Source: an uncultured Anaerolineae bacterium (lineage in GTDB: Bacteria > Chloroflexota > Anaerolineae > JAADDB01). From it: 64,000 nt of DNA. Under the pieces are notes generated by a model. It was not told the DNA's origin and did no database searches. It worked only from the letters and a program-made list of their open reading frames with translations. Shown piece after piece: positions 37,902-48,139 of the stretch (positions within the stretch are counted from its first letter, which is position 1; each line of letters starts with the position of its first letter). The stretch spans positions 26,313-90,312 of the forward strand of contig CAZAQA010000012.1 of NCBI GenBank assembly GCA_964487375.1, written 5' to 3'. Made by a program: the position numbers and the translations under genes.

Positions 37902-38309
37902 TCAAGAGGCCCCGGCAATCAATAAGGCGCGTAACTCGTCGGGAATGCGGGTAATTTTGCCGTCATGGGTGATACACACGTGGCGACTATATCCCTCAGC
38001 TAAGGTCATCCCGTCTGCAGATCGGCGAACCCGATAGCTAAACGTTAGTCCCCGACTCTTGAGTTCCGAGATCCAGGTGTCGACAATAACTTTCTCGTCA
38101 TAGCGGGCGGGCTTGACGTAGCGAGCATGAACCTCAACGACGGTGAAATAGTACCCCAAACGTTCGACACGGCTGTAAGGAAACCCGACCTGGCGCATAT
38201 AATGAGAACGGCCTTCCTCGAACCAGACAATATAACTGGAATGGTGTACGATACCCATCGCGTCAGTTTCCGCATAACGGACCCGGAAAGATGTCGAAAT
38301 GATGACCAT
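37902..38309 (-). CDS. YbgC/FadM-family acyl-CoA thioesterase
   Basis: VRYAETDAMGIVHHSSY..WFEEGR hot-dog motif. Confidence 0.9.
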   Translation of the reverse strand: MVIISTSFRVRYAETDAMGIVHHSSYIVWFEEGRSHYMRQVGFPYSRVERLGYYFTVVEVHARYVKPARYDEKVIVDTWISELKSRGLTFSYRVRRSADGMTLAEGYSRHVCITHDGKITRIPDELRALLIAGAS

Positions 38310-38443
38310 GGGAGCTGCCTCGTGCAAACCGTTAGGTGTGACCCTCAGTAGCTGTGCGCCGGGCAAGGGTAGTCTGCTTTCTGGGATGACGACATCCCAT
38401 ATAGCCGAGTCTATTTTACCACAAGAGGGCGAAAGGGGAGAGG

Positions 38444-39109
38444 ATGATCTTTCGTAATCGGCAGGAAGCGGGAAGACTTTTAGCGAAGCGGCTCGAGGCG
38501 TTACGGAATGAACCGGACATCGTGGTGTTGGGAATCCCGCGCGGTGGGGTGGTGGTGGCCGCTGAAATTGCGCGGCACCTGGCTGCTCCTCTGGACGTTT
38601 ACATCACGCGTAAGCTGGGGGCACCAGGAAACCCGGAACTGGCCATTGGGGCCGTTGCCGAAGATGGGACCACTGTGCTGGATGAGGAGAGCATTCGTTT
38701 CCTCTCCGTCCCAGAAACCTATTTGAGACGAGAACAAGAACGTCAGCAAGAGGAAATTCACCGACGGGCTCAACGTTATCGGCAGGGGCGTTCCGCAATC
38801 CCCTTGGAAGGCAAACGCGTAATTCTGGCCGACGATGGGGTTGCCACCGGACGAACTCTGGAGGCGGCCATTCGCTCGTTGCGTCGGCAACCATTGCGTG
38901 CCCTTATTTTGGCCATCCCTGTGGGCCCTCCTGCCACAGTGGAGCGCTTGCGGCAACTTGTGGACCAGGCGGTAGTCCTGGACACACCGGAACCGTTTTG
39001 GGCGGTTGGCATGTTCTATGAAGACTTCCGACAGATCAGCGATGCGGAAGTCAAAGCCCTATTGAACCAATTCTACGACACGACGGAGGACTCATTCCCC
39101 CATGAGTGA
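38444..39109 (+). CDS. Phosphoribosyltransferase-family protein
   Basis: FRNRQEAG, VLGIPRGG, RKLGAPGNPELAIGA and PRPP loop VILADDGVATG. Confidence 0.88.
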   Translation: MIFRNRQEAGRLLAKRLEALRNEPDIVVLGIPRGGVVVAAEIARHLAAPLDVYITRKLGAPGNPELAIGAVAEDGTTVLDEESIRFLSVPETYLRREQERQQEEIHRRAQRYRQGRSAIPLEGKRVILADDGVATGRTLEAAIRSLRRQPLRALILAIPVGPPATVERLRQLVDQAVVLDTPEPFWAVGMFYEDFRQISDAEVKALLNQFYDTTEDSFPHE

Positions 39110-40739
39110 GCAAGAGACAACATCGATTGCTGTAGTTGGACATCGGAATCCCGACACGGATTCCATCGCTTCACCCATTGCCTACGCGTGGCTCAAATGC
39201 CGCGAGGAGCCGAACGAGCATTTCCAAGCCTTCCGCTTGGGTGAAATCAACCGTGAGACCAGGTTTGTCCTGGATTACTTCCAAGTCCCCCTCCCCCCAT
39301 TGCTTCCTCATGTCCGCCGCCGGGTGCGGGAAGCCATGGTCACTCGGGTTGTTACGGCCATGGCCGATGCCACCTCTTACCAGGTAGGCTTTCTCATGCG
39401 TGAAAAGGGAGTGCGCTCGGTCCCCTTGGTTGACGGGCATAATCGTCCCGTAGGGCTGGTCACCACACGCAGCCTGGCCGAACTCTACATCCACGAAGCG
39501 GGGACCTTCTCCTTTGCCGTCAAGCCTCCGACTGTGGCGCAGGTGGTTCGTACCCTGGATGGGGAACTGCTTGTGGGGGATCCGGAAACCCATCTAACAG
39601 GCCGACCGGTGGTTGCCGCGATGACCCCCGGGCTGATGCGCAAGTTCTTACGTCCGGGGGACGTAGTCATTGTGGCTAACCGGCGCGATGCTCAACGGAC
39701 AGCCCTCGAAAGTGGCGCCAGTGCCCTGATTGTCTCTGGAGGTGTTCGACCGCAACCGGCCCTCCTTGAAAATGCTCGGCGAGGAGGCGTCGTGGTTATT
39801 CTCTCTCGACATTCTACAGCCTCCACTTTGCGCCTTGTGCGTCTGAGTCTACCCGCGCTCGCCATGGCCGAAATCCACCCCCTGACCTTTTCTCCCAAGG
39901 AAATCTTGAACGAGATTACACCCGACATGATGCAAGATCGGCATGGAGTCGCTCTGGTCGTAGACGAGGAGAATCACCTGGTGGGTATTCTCACACGCCA
40001 CGATCTCTTGCACCCAAAGCGTCGGCGGCTCATTCTTGTGGACCATTCAGAGCCCCCTCAGGCGGTCGCCGGCATCGAAGAGGCCGAGATTCTGGAGATC
40101 ATCGATCACCATCGTCTCGGAGGCTTGGAAACGCGAGCACCATTGCGCGTCTGGGTCAAGCCTGTGGGAAGCTCCTCAACGTTGGTATTCGAACGGTACA
40201 GAGACATCGGGGTTACGCCGTCACGACCAATGGCTGGCCTGATGTTGGCGGCCATCCTCTCCGATACCATGCTTCTGCGTTCGCCCACTACGACCGAAGA
40301 GGACCGAATGGCTGTGGATAGTCTGGCAGCTTTAGCTCAGGTCGACGCCCAGGTTTTCGGTGTGGAGATGTATCGGGCCAAGACGGACATTTCAGGCCTT
40401 TCCGCTCAAGAGCTTGTGCGCGGTGACATGAAACCGTATGTCCTGGGAGGACAACGCATTGCGATTGCACAGGTGGAAGTCGCTGACAGGGAACAATTGC
40501 TTGCACGGCTGGATGAAATCCGCCAGGCCTTGCGAGCGTTGCGCCAACAAGGGCATTATGACATCGCTCTCCTTCTGGTGACAGATGTGCTGGCCGAAGG
40601 GAGTACGGCAATCGCAGTGGGGAACGTCCGCTTGGTCGAGCGGGCGTTAGGCGTGGACCTGCACAAAGGCTATGCTTGGCTCCCCGGTGTCCTCTCCCGC
40701 AAGAAGCAAGTTGTCCCCGTACTGGCTACGGCCGTTTGA
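39102..40739 (+). CDS. ppaC: Family II Mn-dependent inorganic pyrophosphatase with CBS-DRTGG-CBS insert
   Basis: GHRNPDTDS, CBS pair around a DRTGG domain, IIDHH, ILSDT and SRKKQ. Confidence 0.93.
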   Translation: MSEQETTSIAVVGHRNPDTDSIASPIAYAWLKCREEPNEHFQAFRLGEINRETRFVLDYFQVPLPPLLPHVRRRVREAMVTRVVTAMADATSYQVGFLMREKGVRSVPLVDGHNRPVGLVTTRSLAELYIHEAGTFSFAVKPPTVAQVVRTLDGELLVGDPETHLTGRPVVAAMTPGLMRKFLRPGDVVIVANRRDAQRTALESGASALIVSGGVRPQPALLENARRGGVVVILSRHSTASTLRLVRLSLPALAMAEIHPLTFSPKEILNEITPDMMQDRHGVALVVDEENHLVGILTRHDLLHPKRRRLILVDHSEPPQAVAGIEEAEILEIIDHHRLGGLETRAPLRVWVKPVGSSSTLVFERYRDIGVTPSRPMAGLMLAAILSDTMLLRSPTTTEEDRMAVDSLAALAQVDAQVFGVEMYRAKTDISGLSAQELVRGDMKPYVLGGQRIAIAQVEVADREQLLARLDEIRQALRALRQQGHYDIALLLVTDVLAEGSTAIAVGNVRLVERALGVDLHKGYAWLPGVLSRKKQVVPVLATAV

Positions 40740-40767
40740 GGGCAAGTTCAGTGCTTGGGATCCAAAT

Positions 40768-40816
40768 TTGACAGGTCACAAGGGTCCGTATTATAGTAAG
40801 GCTGCACACGTGTGCA
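40768..40816 (+). promoter_or_regulatory. Sigma70 promoter followed by LacI-type operator palindrome
   Basis: TTGACA(40768)-18 bp-TATAGT(40792), then the perfect palindrome TGCACACGTGTGCA (40803-40816). Confidence 0.65.
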
Positions 40817-40903
40817 ACACCGTCTCAAAAGATTGATCACTGTTCGCTCACCGGCGCAATTCCTGATCAACCGCGAACACTCTTTGCGAAGAAGGTGACT
40901 TCC

Positions 40904-41926
40904 ATGGCTCATACTGTGCTACCCAAACACCCGGTAAGCCGCTCATGGGTCCAAATGCGCCAACGCCTGGCTGCTTATCCGGAGGCCGTTGCTTTTATCA
41001 GCTTTCTGATCATCTTCCTTTTTTTCTCTGCTGCTTCTCCAGACTTCTTGACGCCGATTGCCCTTTCTAACATCCTGACGTTTGGTAGCATCACCGGCAT
41101 CCTGGTCATCGGAGTCGCTATGCTGATGATTGCAGGGGAATTTGATCTGTCGGTTGGCTCCACGTTTGCGGTGGCCAGTTATGTGTTCGCGCTTTCTTTG
41201 AACGCGGGTACAGCACCTTTACTGGCGCTGTTGCTTGCTTTGTTCGTCAGTGCCTTATTGGGATTGGTGAACGGCCTGATTGTGGTAGGAACGAGGATTC
41301 CTTCCTTTATTGCCACGCTGGGTACCATGTTGGCCTATCGAGGAATTGCACGTGCTCTGGGGCACGGGACATTTGCTACGTATAAAGGAAGTCCTCCCCT
41401 CCTGTTTCACATCCTCGACGGCTCCCTTGACCCGATCAATAACCTCTTCACGCCTCCATCTACCCTACGAGTCTCGGTCATCTGGTTCATCTTGATAGCC
41501 ATCCTCATGTCCTTTGTCCTTCTACGCACTCAATATGGAAATTGGACCTATGCTACGGGGGGAGATGCGGACGCAGCACGAGCTCAAGGAGTTCCTGTAA
41601 CTTATGTCAAGTTAATGAATTTTGTCTTGGCGGGTTCCTTTGCTGGCCTGGCAGGTATTATTCAGTTTGCTTATCGGATTAGCGTCGATCCGTTGCGCGG
41701 CGCTGGCTTAGAGCTTATCGCGGTTGCAGCCTCTGTCATTGGCGGTGTGCTCCTGACAGGAGGGTACGGGACTATCCTGGGAGCCACGATAGGGGTATTG
41801 ACCATTCAAATGATGGAGCAAGGGCTGGTATTAATGCAGGTTCCGGTGCAGGTGTTTCAAGCGTTTGCCGGGTTGCTTATCGTGCTCGCAGCGCTGAGCA
41901 ACAAGTACCTGGGACGGTTCAGCTGA
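40904..41926 (+). CDS. Monosaccharide ABC permease (RbsC/BPD_transp_2)
   Basis: GEFDLSVGS, IPSFIATLG, ATGGDADAARAQG and GLELIAVAASVIGG. Confidence 0.92.
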   Translation: MAHTVLPKHPVSRSWVQMRQRLAAYPEAVAFISFLIIFLFFSAASPDFLTPIALSNILTFGSITGILVIGVAMLMIAGEFDLSVGSTFAVASYVFALSLNAGTAPLLALLLALFVSALLGLVNGLIVVGTRIPSFIATLGTMLAYRGIARALGHGTFATYKGSPPLLFHILDGSLDPINNLFTPPSTLRVSVIWFILIAILMSFVLLRTQYGNWTYATGGDADAARAQGVPVTYVKLMNFVLAGSFAGLAGIIQFAYRISVDPLRGAGLELIAVAASVIGGVLLTGGYGTILGATIGVLTIQMMEQGLVLMQVPVQVFQAFAGLLIVLAALSNKYLGRFS

Positions 41927-42094
41927 GACTGGGCTGACGACCACGAAAGCGCAGCAGGATAAGGTAGGGCAAGATAGAAAGGAGGTGAAGTACTGCAAGA
42001 TCATTTATGCTCTTTGGTCCATTAGCATGCCGGGAGCAGTGACGTTGTTTCCGGACCCGGTAGAACCCTCTCGAACAGGAGAAGGAGGAGAGAG

Positions 42095-44071
42095 ATGAAG
42101 CAAAAGCACGCAATTTTCTTTGTGGTGGTTCTCTCGCTAGCGCTTGTGATGGTTGGATGTGCCCAGAAAGCAGCGCCTACGGCTACCCCCAAACCTGTAC
42201 AACCCCCTCCAACGAAAGCTGTACAAAAGCCCGCACAACCGACGAAGGTTCCGACCAAAGCCCCAACCCAAGTGCCTACTCAATCACCGACAAAAGCACC
42301 GTCGGCTGTGGCCCCAGAAGCAAAACCGTTGAAGATCATTATGGTCCAGCACGCGCTTTGTGCCTGGGATTCCTTCTGGTGCACCGTGGAAAAAGGCGCC
42401 AAGGATGCGGCCAAGGCCATGAATGTCAATCTGACCATCTTGGGGCCGGACAAGTTTGATCTGGAGAAGACGGCATCGTTGATAGACCAGGCGGTGGCGG
42501 CGAAGCCAGACGGGCTGGCGGTGACGGTTACTGATCCGGCACTCTTCAAGGATCCCATCATGCGAGCGCTCAAAGCCGGCATCCCGGTAGTTGGTTACAA
42601 TGCCGGAGCAGGACCGGAGAAGGACAAGATCCCCTACCTCACCTTCATTGGCCAGGATGAGTACCAGGGAGGCTATCAGGGAGGCAAGCGCCTGATAGCA
42701 GCCGGTGGCAAGAAGGGAGTGTGTATTAATCATCAGGTGGGCCATGCGGGTCTGGACGCTCGCTGCAAAGGATTTGTGGATGCCTTCAAAGAGGCAGGGT
42801 TGAAAGCAGAAGTGTTGGCGATCACAAACGATCCTGCAGAGTCACAGACGATCATAGACGACTACTACACGGCCCATCCAGACGTCAACGCGTTTCTCAC
42901 ATTGGGGCCGAACGGGGCGAATCCCTTCTATGCCTTTGTGGAAGCTCGAGGACTTAAGCCCGGCGATGTGCTCCACGGCACCTTCGACCTCAGCCCCCAA
43001 ATCCGTGCTCATATCAAGGATGGCCTGACTCTGTTTGGTATCGATCAACAGCCCTATCTGCAGGGGTTTGCTTCTGTAATGTGGCTGACTCTGGTCAACC
43101 GTTATGGCCTCAAGCCGGCATTGCAAGTCACGCCGACGGGCCCGGGTTTTGTGACAAAGAAGAATGTGGACATCGTGCCTAAGCCCAATCGTCCAGTCAA
43201 GCTCATATTCGTCCAGCACGCGCTTTGTGCCTGGGACTCCTTCTGGTGCACCGTGCAGAAGGGGATTGACGTGGCGGCCAAGCAGTTGAATGTCAAGTAC
43301 ACGGTCTTGGGGCCGGACAAGTTTGATCTGGAGAAGACGGCATCGTTGATAGACCAGGCGGTGGCGGCGAAGCCAGACGGGCTGGCGGTGACGGTTACTG
43401 ATCCGGCACTCTTCAAGGATCCCATCATGCGAGCGCTCAAAGCCGGCATCCCGGTAGTTGGTTACAATGCCGGAGCAGGACCGGAGAAGGACAAGATCCC
43501 CTACCTCACCTTCATTGGCCAGGATGAGTACCAGGGAGGCTATCAGGGAGGCAAGCGCCTGATAGCAGCCGGTGGCAAGAAGGGAGTGTGTATTAATCAT
43601 CAGGTGGGCCATGCGGGTCTGGACGCTCGCTGCAAAGGATTTGTGGATGCCTTCAAAGAGGCAGGGTTGAAAGCAGAAGTGTTGGCGATCACAAACGATC
43701 CTGCAGAGTCACAGACGATCATAGACGACTACTACACGGCCCATCCAGACGTCAACGCGTTTCTCACATTGGGGCCGAACGGGGCGAATCCCTTCTATGC
43801 CTTTGTGGAAGCTCGAGGACTTAAGCCCGGCGATGTGCTCCACGGCACCTTCGACCTCAGCCCCCAAATCGTAGCCCATATTGAAGATGGGTTGACCCTC
43901 TTTGCCATCGACCAGCAACCGTTCCTGCAAGGATACATGTCGGTCGTGACGCTCACATTGTTGCTGCGCCAGAACATCAAACCCGCTTTGCCTATTACAC
44001 CGACAGGTCCTGGTTTTGTGGATAAGAGCAATATCCAAATCGTCAAGCAGCTTGCTGGAACCTACCGGTAA
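42095..44071 (+). CDS. Monosaccharide ABC substrate-binding lipoprotein with two tandem Peripla_BP domains
   Basis: Lipobox LVMVG-C, Pro/Thr stalk, and two copies of VQHALCAWDSFW...IDQQP.LQG...TGPGFV. Confidence 0.92.
   Translation: MKQKHAIFFVVVLSLALVMVGCAQKAAPTATPKPVQPPPTKAVQKPAQPTKVPTKAPTQVPTQSPTKAPSAVAPEAKPLKIIMVQHALCAWDSFWCTVEKGAKDAAKAMNVNLTILGPDKFDLEKTASLIDQAVAAKPDGLAVTVTDPALFKDPIMRALKAGIPVVGYNAGAGPEKDKIPYLTFIGQDEYQGGYQGGKRLIAAGGKKGVCINHQVGHAGLDARCKGFVDAFKEAGLKAEVLAITNDPAESQTIIDDYYTAHPDVNAFLTLGPNGANPFYAFVEARGLKPGDVLHGTFDLSPQIRAHIKDGLTLFGIDQQPYLQGFASVMWLTLVNRYGLKPALQVTPTGPGFVTKKNVDIVPKPNRPVKLIFVQHALCAWDSFWCTVQKGIDVAAKQLNVKYTVLGPDKFDLEKTASLIDQAVAAKPDGLAVTVTDPALFKDPIMRALKAGIPVVGYNAGAGPEKDKIPYLTFIGQDEYQGGYQGGKRLIAAGGKKGVCINHQVGHAGLDARCKGFVDAFKEAGLKAEVLAITNDPAESQTIIDDYYTAHPDVNAFLTLGPNGANPFYAFVEARGLKPGDVLHGTFDLSPQIVAHIEDGLTLFAIDQQPFLQGYMSVVTLTLLLRQNIKPALPITPTGPGFVDKSNIQIVKQLAGTYR
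42438..43870 (+). repeat. 566-bp identical direct repeat (42438-43003 and 43305-43870; period 867 bp)
   Basis: Line-by-line comparison found no mismatch. Similarity extends with mismatches on both flanks. Confidence 0.93.
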
Positions 44072-44078
44072 GAAAATC

Positions 44079-44100
44079 GAGGCGGGGGCCTCCCCGCCTC
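44079..44100 (+). terminator. Stem-loop after SBP gene (attenuator or stabiliser)
   Basis: gaggcgggg-gcct-ccccgcctc followed by the pyrimidine run tcttcctctcttc. Confidence 0.65.
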
Positions 44101-44136
44101 TCTTCCTCTCTTCATGGACATTCAAAACAGGGACTA

Positions 44137-45165
44137 TTGAGGATGGCGGTTACCATGGTACCACCTGCGGAAACGTCGCGTAAGAGTATTTGGGATCTTT
44201 TCATCACGTCTCCCCTTGCCGGACCTATAGCTACAATGCTGGTTATTGGGGGACTTTTCGCCTTGTTTGTACCCCACTTTGCCTCCATGCGTTCAGTATC
44301 GGGCATTATCAATGCCGCCACTTTGACGGGCATGATCTCCCTTGGGGTCACGCTGCTAATGGTCGCCGGAGAGTTCGACATGTCCGTTGGTTCAACGGTG
44401 GCCATTGCCGCCTATATCTACGCCTATGGGACGGTCCAGTGGCATTGGACTCCGCTTTTGGCCCTTGGACTTGCCCTGCTGGCCGCGGCCATGCTCGGCT
44501 TGATTAACGGACTCATTTTCATATGGACGGAAATCCCCTCTTTCATTGTCACCTTGGGCACACTGTACATTTATCGCGGTGTCGTCTGGTTTGTGTCCGG
44601 CGGCCAACTCATCCAAACAATGAAGCATTTGACCATTTATGAAGTCTTTAACGGGCGCTTGGATATCCTCAACTCCGTCTTCCCAGGTGCCAATTTTCGA
44701 ACCTCACTCTTGTGGCTCTTGGGGGCAACGGCTTTTCTGCAGTATGTCCTCGTCAGAACCTCTTTCGGTAATCACTTGTTTGCTGTAGGAGGCAATGCAG
44801 GAGCTGCGTTGGCTCAAGGGGTACACGTTCGCCGCATCAAAGTGTCCGCTTTTGTCATTAGTGCCCTGATGGCTGGAGTGACGGGCATTTTCCTCTTCAG
44901 TCAATTCCGTTCCGTGCGGGTTGCCACCGGTGCGGGGATGGAGTTGAGCGCAATTGCGGCAGCTGTTGTGGGAGGAACTCTGCTGACCGGCGGGGCTGGG
45001 AGCATTTGGGGGGCTCTTATTGGGGCTTTGTTGATCAGCATGCTGCGTACAGGGGTAGTGCTCATGAACATTCCCTTCATTCCAGCAGACAACTTCGAGG
45101 CAGTCGTTGGTGCAACTATTATTGGTGCGGTCATCTTGAATAACTGGCTACGTAGTCGTGCATAA
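44137..45165 (+). CDS. Monosaccharide ABC permease (second)
   Basis: GEFDMSVGS, IPSFIVTLG, FAVGGN and MELSAIAAAVVGG. Confidence 0.92.
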   Translation: MRMAVTMVPPAETSRKSIWDLFITSPLAGPIATMLVIGGLFALFVPHFASMRSVSGIINAATLTGMISLGVTLLMVAGEFDMSVGSTVAIAAYIYAYGTVQWHWTPLLALGLALLAAAMLGLINGLIFIWTEIPSFIVTLGTLYIYRGVVWFVSGGQLIQTMKHLTIYEVFNGRLDILNSVFPGANFRTSLLWLLGATAFLQYVLVRTSFGNHLFAVGGNAGAALAQGVHVRRIKVSAFVISALMAGVTGIFLFSQFRSVRVATGAGMELSAIAAAVVGGTLLTGGAGSIWGALIGALLISMLRTGVVLMNIPFIPADNFEAVVGATIIGAVILNNWLRSRA

Positions 45166-45197
45166 TGTCTACATTGTAGAACAAGGGGCAGGTCATC

Positions 45198-45962
45198 ATG
45201 ACACTGAAGTGGGACGGGCAGCCACCGGTTGTCCACATGGAAAACATTACCAAACGTTTTGGCACAATTGTGGCGTTGGATCAGGTAACATTCACGGTTG
45301 AACACAACCAAGTCATGGCGCTGTTAGGTGACAATGGCGCCGGGAAATCCACTTTGATCAAGGTGCTTACTGGCGTCCATGTTCCGACGAGTGGAGAGAT
45401 CTATTTTGAAGGCCGAAGAGTAGAGATTCGTTCGCCGCGTGAGGCGCGTGATATCGGCATTGAAACCGTGTATCAGGATTTGGCATTGATCGATTTGATG
45501 AGCATCGCCCGCAATTTCTTCTTGGGACGAGAACCCGTGCGTTCTTTAGGCCCCTTACATTGGCTGGACATCCCCACCATGAACCGGGAAACGCGTCACG
45601 TCCTCCAGGATATTGGCATTACTGTCCGCTCTCCTGAGGAGCGAGTGGGGAAACTCTCCGGAGGCGAGCGCCAGTCTGTTGCCATTGGGCGGGCCATGTA
45701 CTTTGGGGCGAAACTCTTAATTTTGGATGAACCTACGTCTGCGCTCTCAGTGGCTGAAACGCGCCGGGTGCTTGATCATATTCTGGAAGTTAAGGAAAAA
45801 GGGCTGTCTGTGGTTTTCATCACTCACAACGTTTACCACGTGTATGAAGTGGCCGACGCGTATACGATTCTGCGGCACGGGAAGAAAGTGGGGACTTACC
45901 AGAAAGGCGAATTATCGGTCAACGAAATTGCGGACTTAATCACGGGGGCGAGGGAGAAGTAG
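45198..45962 (+). CDS. Monosaccharide ABC ATP-binding protein (single NBD)
   Basis: GDNGAGKST, LSGGERQ, ILDEPT and ITHN. Confidence 0.94.
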   Translation: MTLKWDGQPPVVHMENITKRFGTIVALDQVTFTVEHNQVMALLGDNGAGKSTLIKVLTGVHVPTSGEIYFEGRRVEIRSPREARDIGIETVYQDLALIDLMSIARNFFLGREPVRSLGPLHWLDIPTMNRETRHVLQDIGITVRSPEERVGKLSGGERQSVAIGRAMYFGAKLLILDEPTSALSVAETRRVLDHILEVKEKGLSVVFITHNVYHVYEVADAYTILRHGKKVGTYQKGELSVNEIADLITGAREK

Positions 45963-46086
45963 AAAAGCACTGTCGTTCGAGATCCAAGAAAGCCCTCTTT
46001 TGGCATCAAGCTTCCTCGGATCTCGCAGAATTCCATTGCCGCCGCCATGGCTTCTCTGGCCGAAAGAGGCCGAGAGGTTCCCCCGA

Positions 46087-47877
46087 TTATTTGCTGGGGG
46101 CAAGGGGTCGTTGGGACGGCACAACGGTCAGGTGAAGTTCTTGCAACTGTTGCTGAGAAAGCGGAGCGGGTGCCCCCAGCATCAAATCCTGGGCTGAGGC
46201 CGTCTTGGGAAAAGCCATGACATCTCGGATGCTTGCTTCGTCGGCGAAGATGGCGACGAGGCGATCAATGCCCAGGGCGATTCCTCCATGAGGAGGAGCG
46301 CCGTATTCAAAAGCTTCGAGCATGTGCCCGAACTGGGCTTGTGCTTGTTCTTGTCCCATTCCCAAAAGGGCGAACATTTTTTGTTGCTCTTCACGACGGT
46401 AGATTCGGATGCTCCCCCCACCCACTTCCCAGCCGTTGAGTACGGAGTCATGGGCCAGGGCGCGCATCTTGCCCGGTTCCGTCTCGGCGAGAGACCAATC
46501 TTCTGGCATTGGAGAAGTGAACGGATGATGCATAGCCACCCACCGTTGCTCTTCTTCGTCCCATTCCAGCAGAGGAAACTCGATGACCCAGGCAAAGGCC
46601 AACTCGTCCGGATGGCGCAGGCCAAGACGTTCTCCCATGACCAGACGCAAGTTTCCTAACGCCGTCGAGACGACATTCGCCTCACCCGCCACAATGAGGA
46701 GTAAGTCTCCTGTATTCGCCCCTGTCCGCGCTTGTATGGCCTGGATTTCCCCTTCGTTCAGGAACTTCGCGACCGGTGAGCGCACTCCATTCTCTCGGAA
46801 AGCCATCCACAATAACCCCTTGGCCCCGTAAGGACGGACATGTTCAGCCAGGCCATCGAGCTCCTTGCGCGAGTACCCTGCGGCCCCGGGCACTACAATC
46901 CCCTTGACCCGTCCTTGCTCGGCCGCCGCCTGGGTAAAGACCCGGTAGGATGTCTCAGCCGCAATGTCTGTCAGGTCAACAAGTTCCATGCCAAAGCGGA
47001 GATCTGGCTTATCGGAGCCATAACGCTCCATAGCTTCTGCATATGTCAGCCGAGGAAAAGGAGTGAGCTTGATATGTTTATGAGGCAGCAATGTGTGGAC
47101 GATATGATGGTACAGGCCCTCGATAAGCTGAAGGATATCTTCCTGCTCCACAAAAGACATTTCTAGATCAAGCTGGGTGAATTCTGGTTGGCGGTCCGCA
47201 CGTAAATCCTCATCACGTAAGCAACGAGCGATCTGATAATAACGCTCGAATCCCGCGACCATGAGAAGTTGTTTGAGCTGCTGAGGCGACTGAGGGAGAG
47301 CATAAAATTTGCCCGGGTGGAGGCGACTGGGCACGACGAAATCTCTTGCTCCTTCTGGGGTACTTTTGATGAGTAAAGGGGTTTCGATCTCCAGGAATCG
47401 ATGTGCGTTCAGATAGCGACGGATCTCCTCAACCACTCGATGCCTCAAGATCAAGTTGCGCTGCATGCGCTTCTTGCGCAAATCCAGATAGCGGTATTTC
47501 AGGCGTAGTGTTTCGTCAACGGGTGTGTCCTCGTTAATATAAAAAGGAGGCGTCTTGGAAGGGTTCAGGATATGGACTGTTTGTGCGGCAACCTCGACAT
47601 CTCCTGTCGCGAGGTTGGGATTACGCAGCCCTTCCGGGCGTGCTCGAACCGTCCCTTCAACCTGCAACACATACTCCGAGCGTGCTTTGTCGGCGACTGC
47701 ATGGGCGTGGGGAGCGTTTTCGGCATCCACAACAACCTGGACGATCCCCTCTCGGTCGCGCAGGTCGATGAAGATAAGGGCGCCGTGGTCCCGACGGCGA
47801 TGGACCCAACCGGCCAGGGTTACAGTTTGCCCTTGATGTTCAAGACGTAATTCACCGCACGCGTGCGTCTTTAGCAT
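46087..47877 (-). CDS. aspS: Aspartate--tRNA ligase (probably non-discriminating)
   Basis: [36 protein letters not shown] and [11 protein letters not shown]. Start at 47877 after GGAGG. Confidence 0.97.
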   Translation of the reverse strand: MLKTHACGELRLEHQGQTVTLAGWVHRRRDHGALIFIDLRDREGIVQVVVDAENAPHAHAVADKARSEYVLQVEGTVRARPEGLRNPNLATGDVEVAAQTVHILNPSKTPPFYINEDTPVDETLRLKYRYLDLRKKRMQRNLILRHRVVEEIRRYLNAHRFLEIETPLLIKSTPEGARDFVVPSRLHPGKFYALPQSPQQLKQLLMVAGFERYYQIARCLRDEDLRADRQPEFTQLDLEMSFVEQEDILQLIEGLYHHIVHTLLPHKHIKLTPFPRLTYAEAMERYGSDKPDLRFGMELVDLTDIAAETSYRVFTQAAAEQGRVKGIVVPGAAGYSRKELDGLAEHVRPYGAKGLLWMAFRENGVRSPVAKFLNEGEIQAIQARTGANTGDLLLIVAGEANVVSTALGNLRLVMGERLGLRHPDELAFAWVIEFPLLEWDEEEQRWVAMHHPFTSPMPEDWSLAETEPGKMRALAHDSVLNGWEVGGGSIRIYRREEQQKMFALLGMGQEQAQAQFGHMLEAFEYGAPPHGGIALGIDRLVAIFADEASIRDVMAFPKTASAQDLMLGAPAPLSQQQLQELHLTVVPSQRPLAPSK

Positions 47878-48139
47878 GGTTTCTGCTCCTCCCTCCATCG
47901 TTTGCAACGCATCACGCCCCAGATTATAGGCGTTTTGGCCCCAGGGTGAAACTCATCCCGCCCCGTTGGCAGCCTGGCGTTCGCATCATTTTCTCTCTGG
48001 CTTCTACGGGGCACGTCTCTACCCCGGCACGGAGCGGCATCATCGTGATGATGGGGAAAAATGCGGGGACAGCTTTCAGCGGATCTCTACACGGTCGGCA
48101 ATCCCTTGACTGCCGAAACGGTCGTTTCGTCGTAGAGGC

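Noticed and set aside
47908-48139. T-box leader for aspS
   Set aside because: No AGGGTGGNACCGCG-type T-box or specifier stem is visible.
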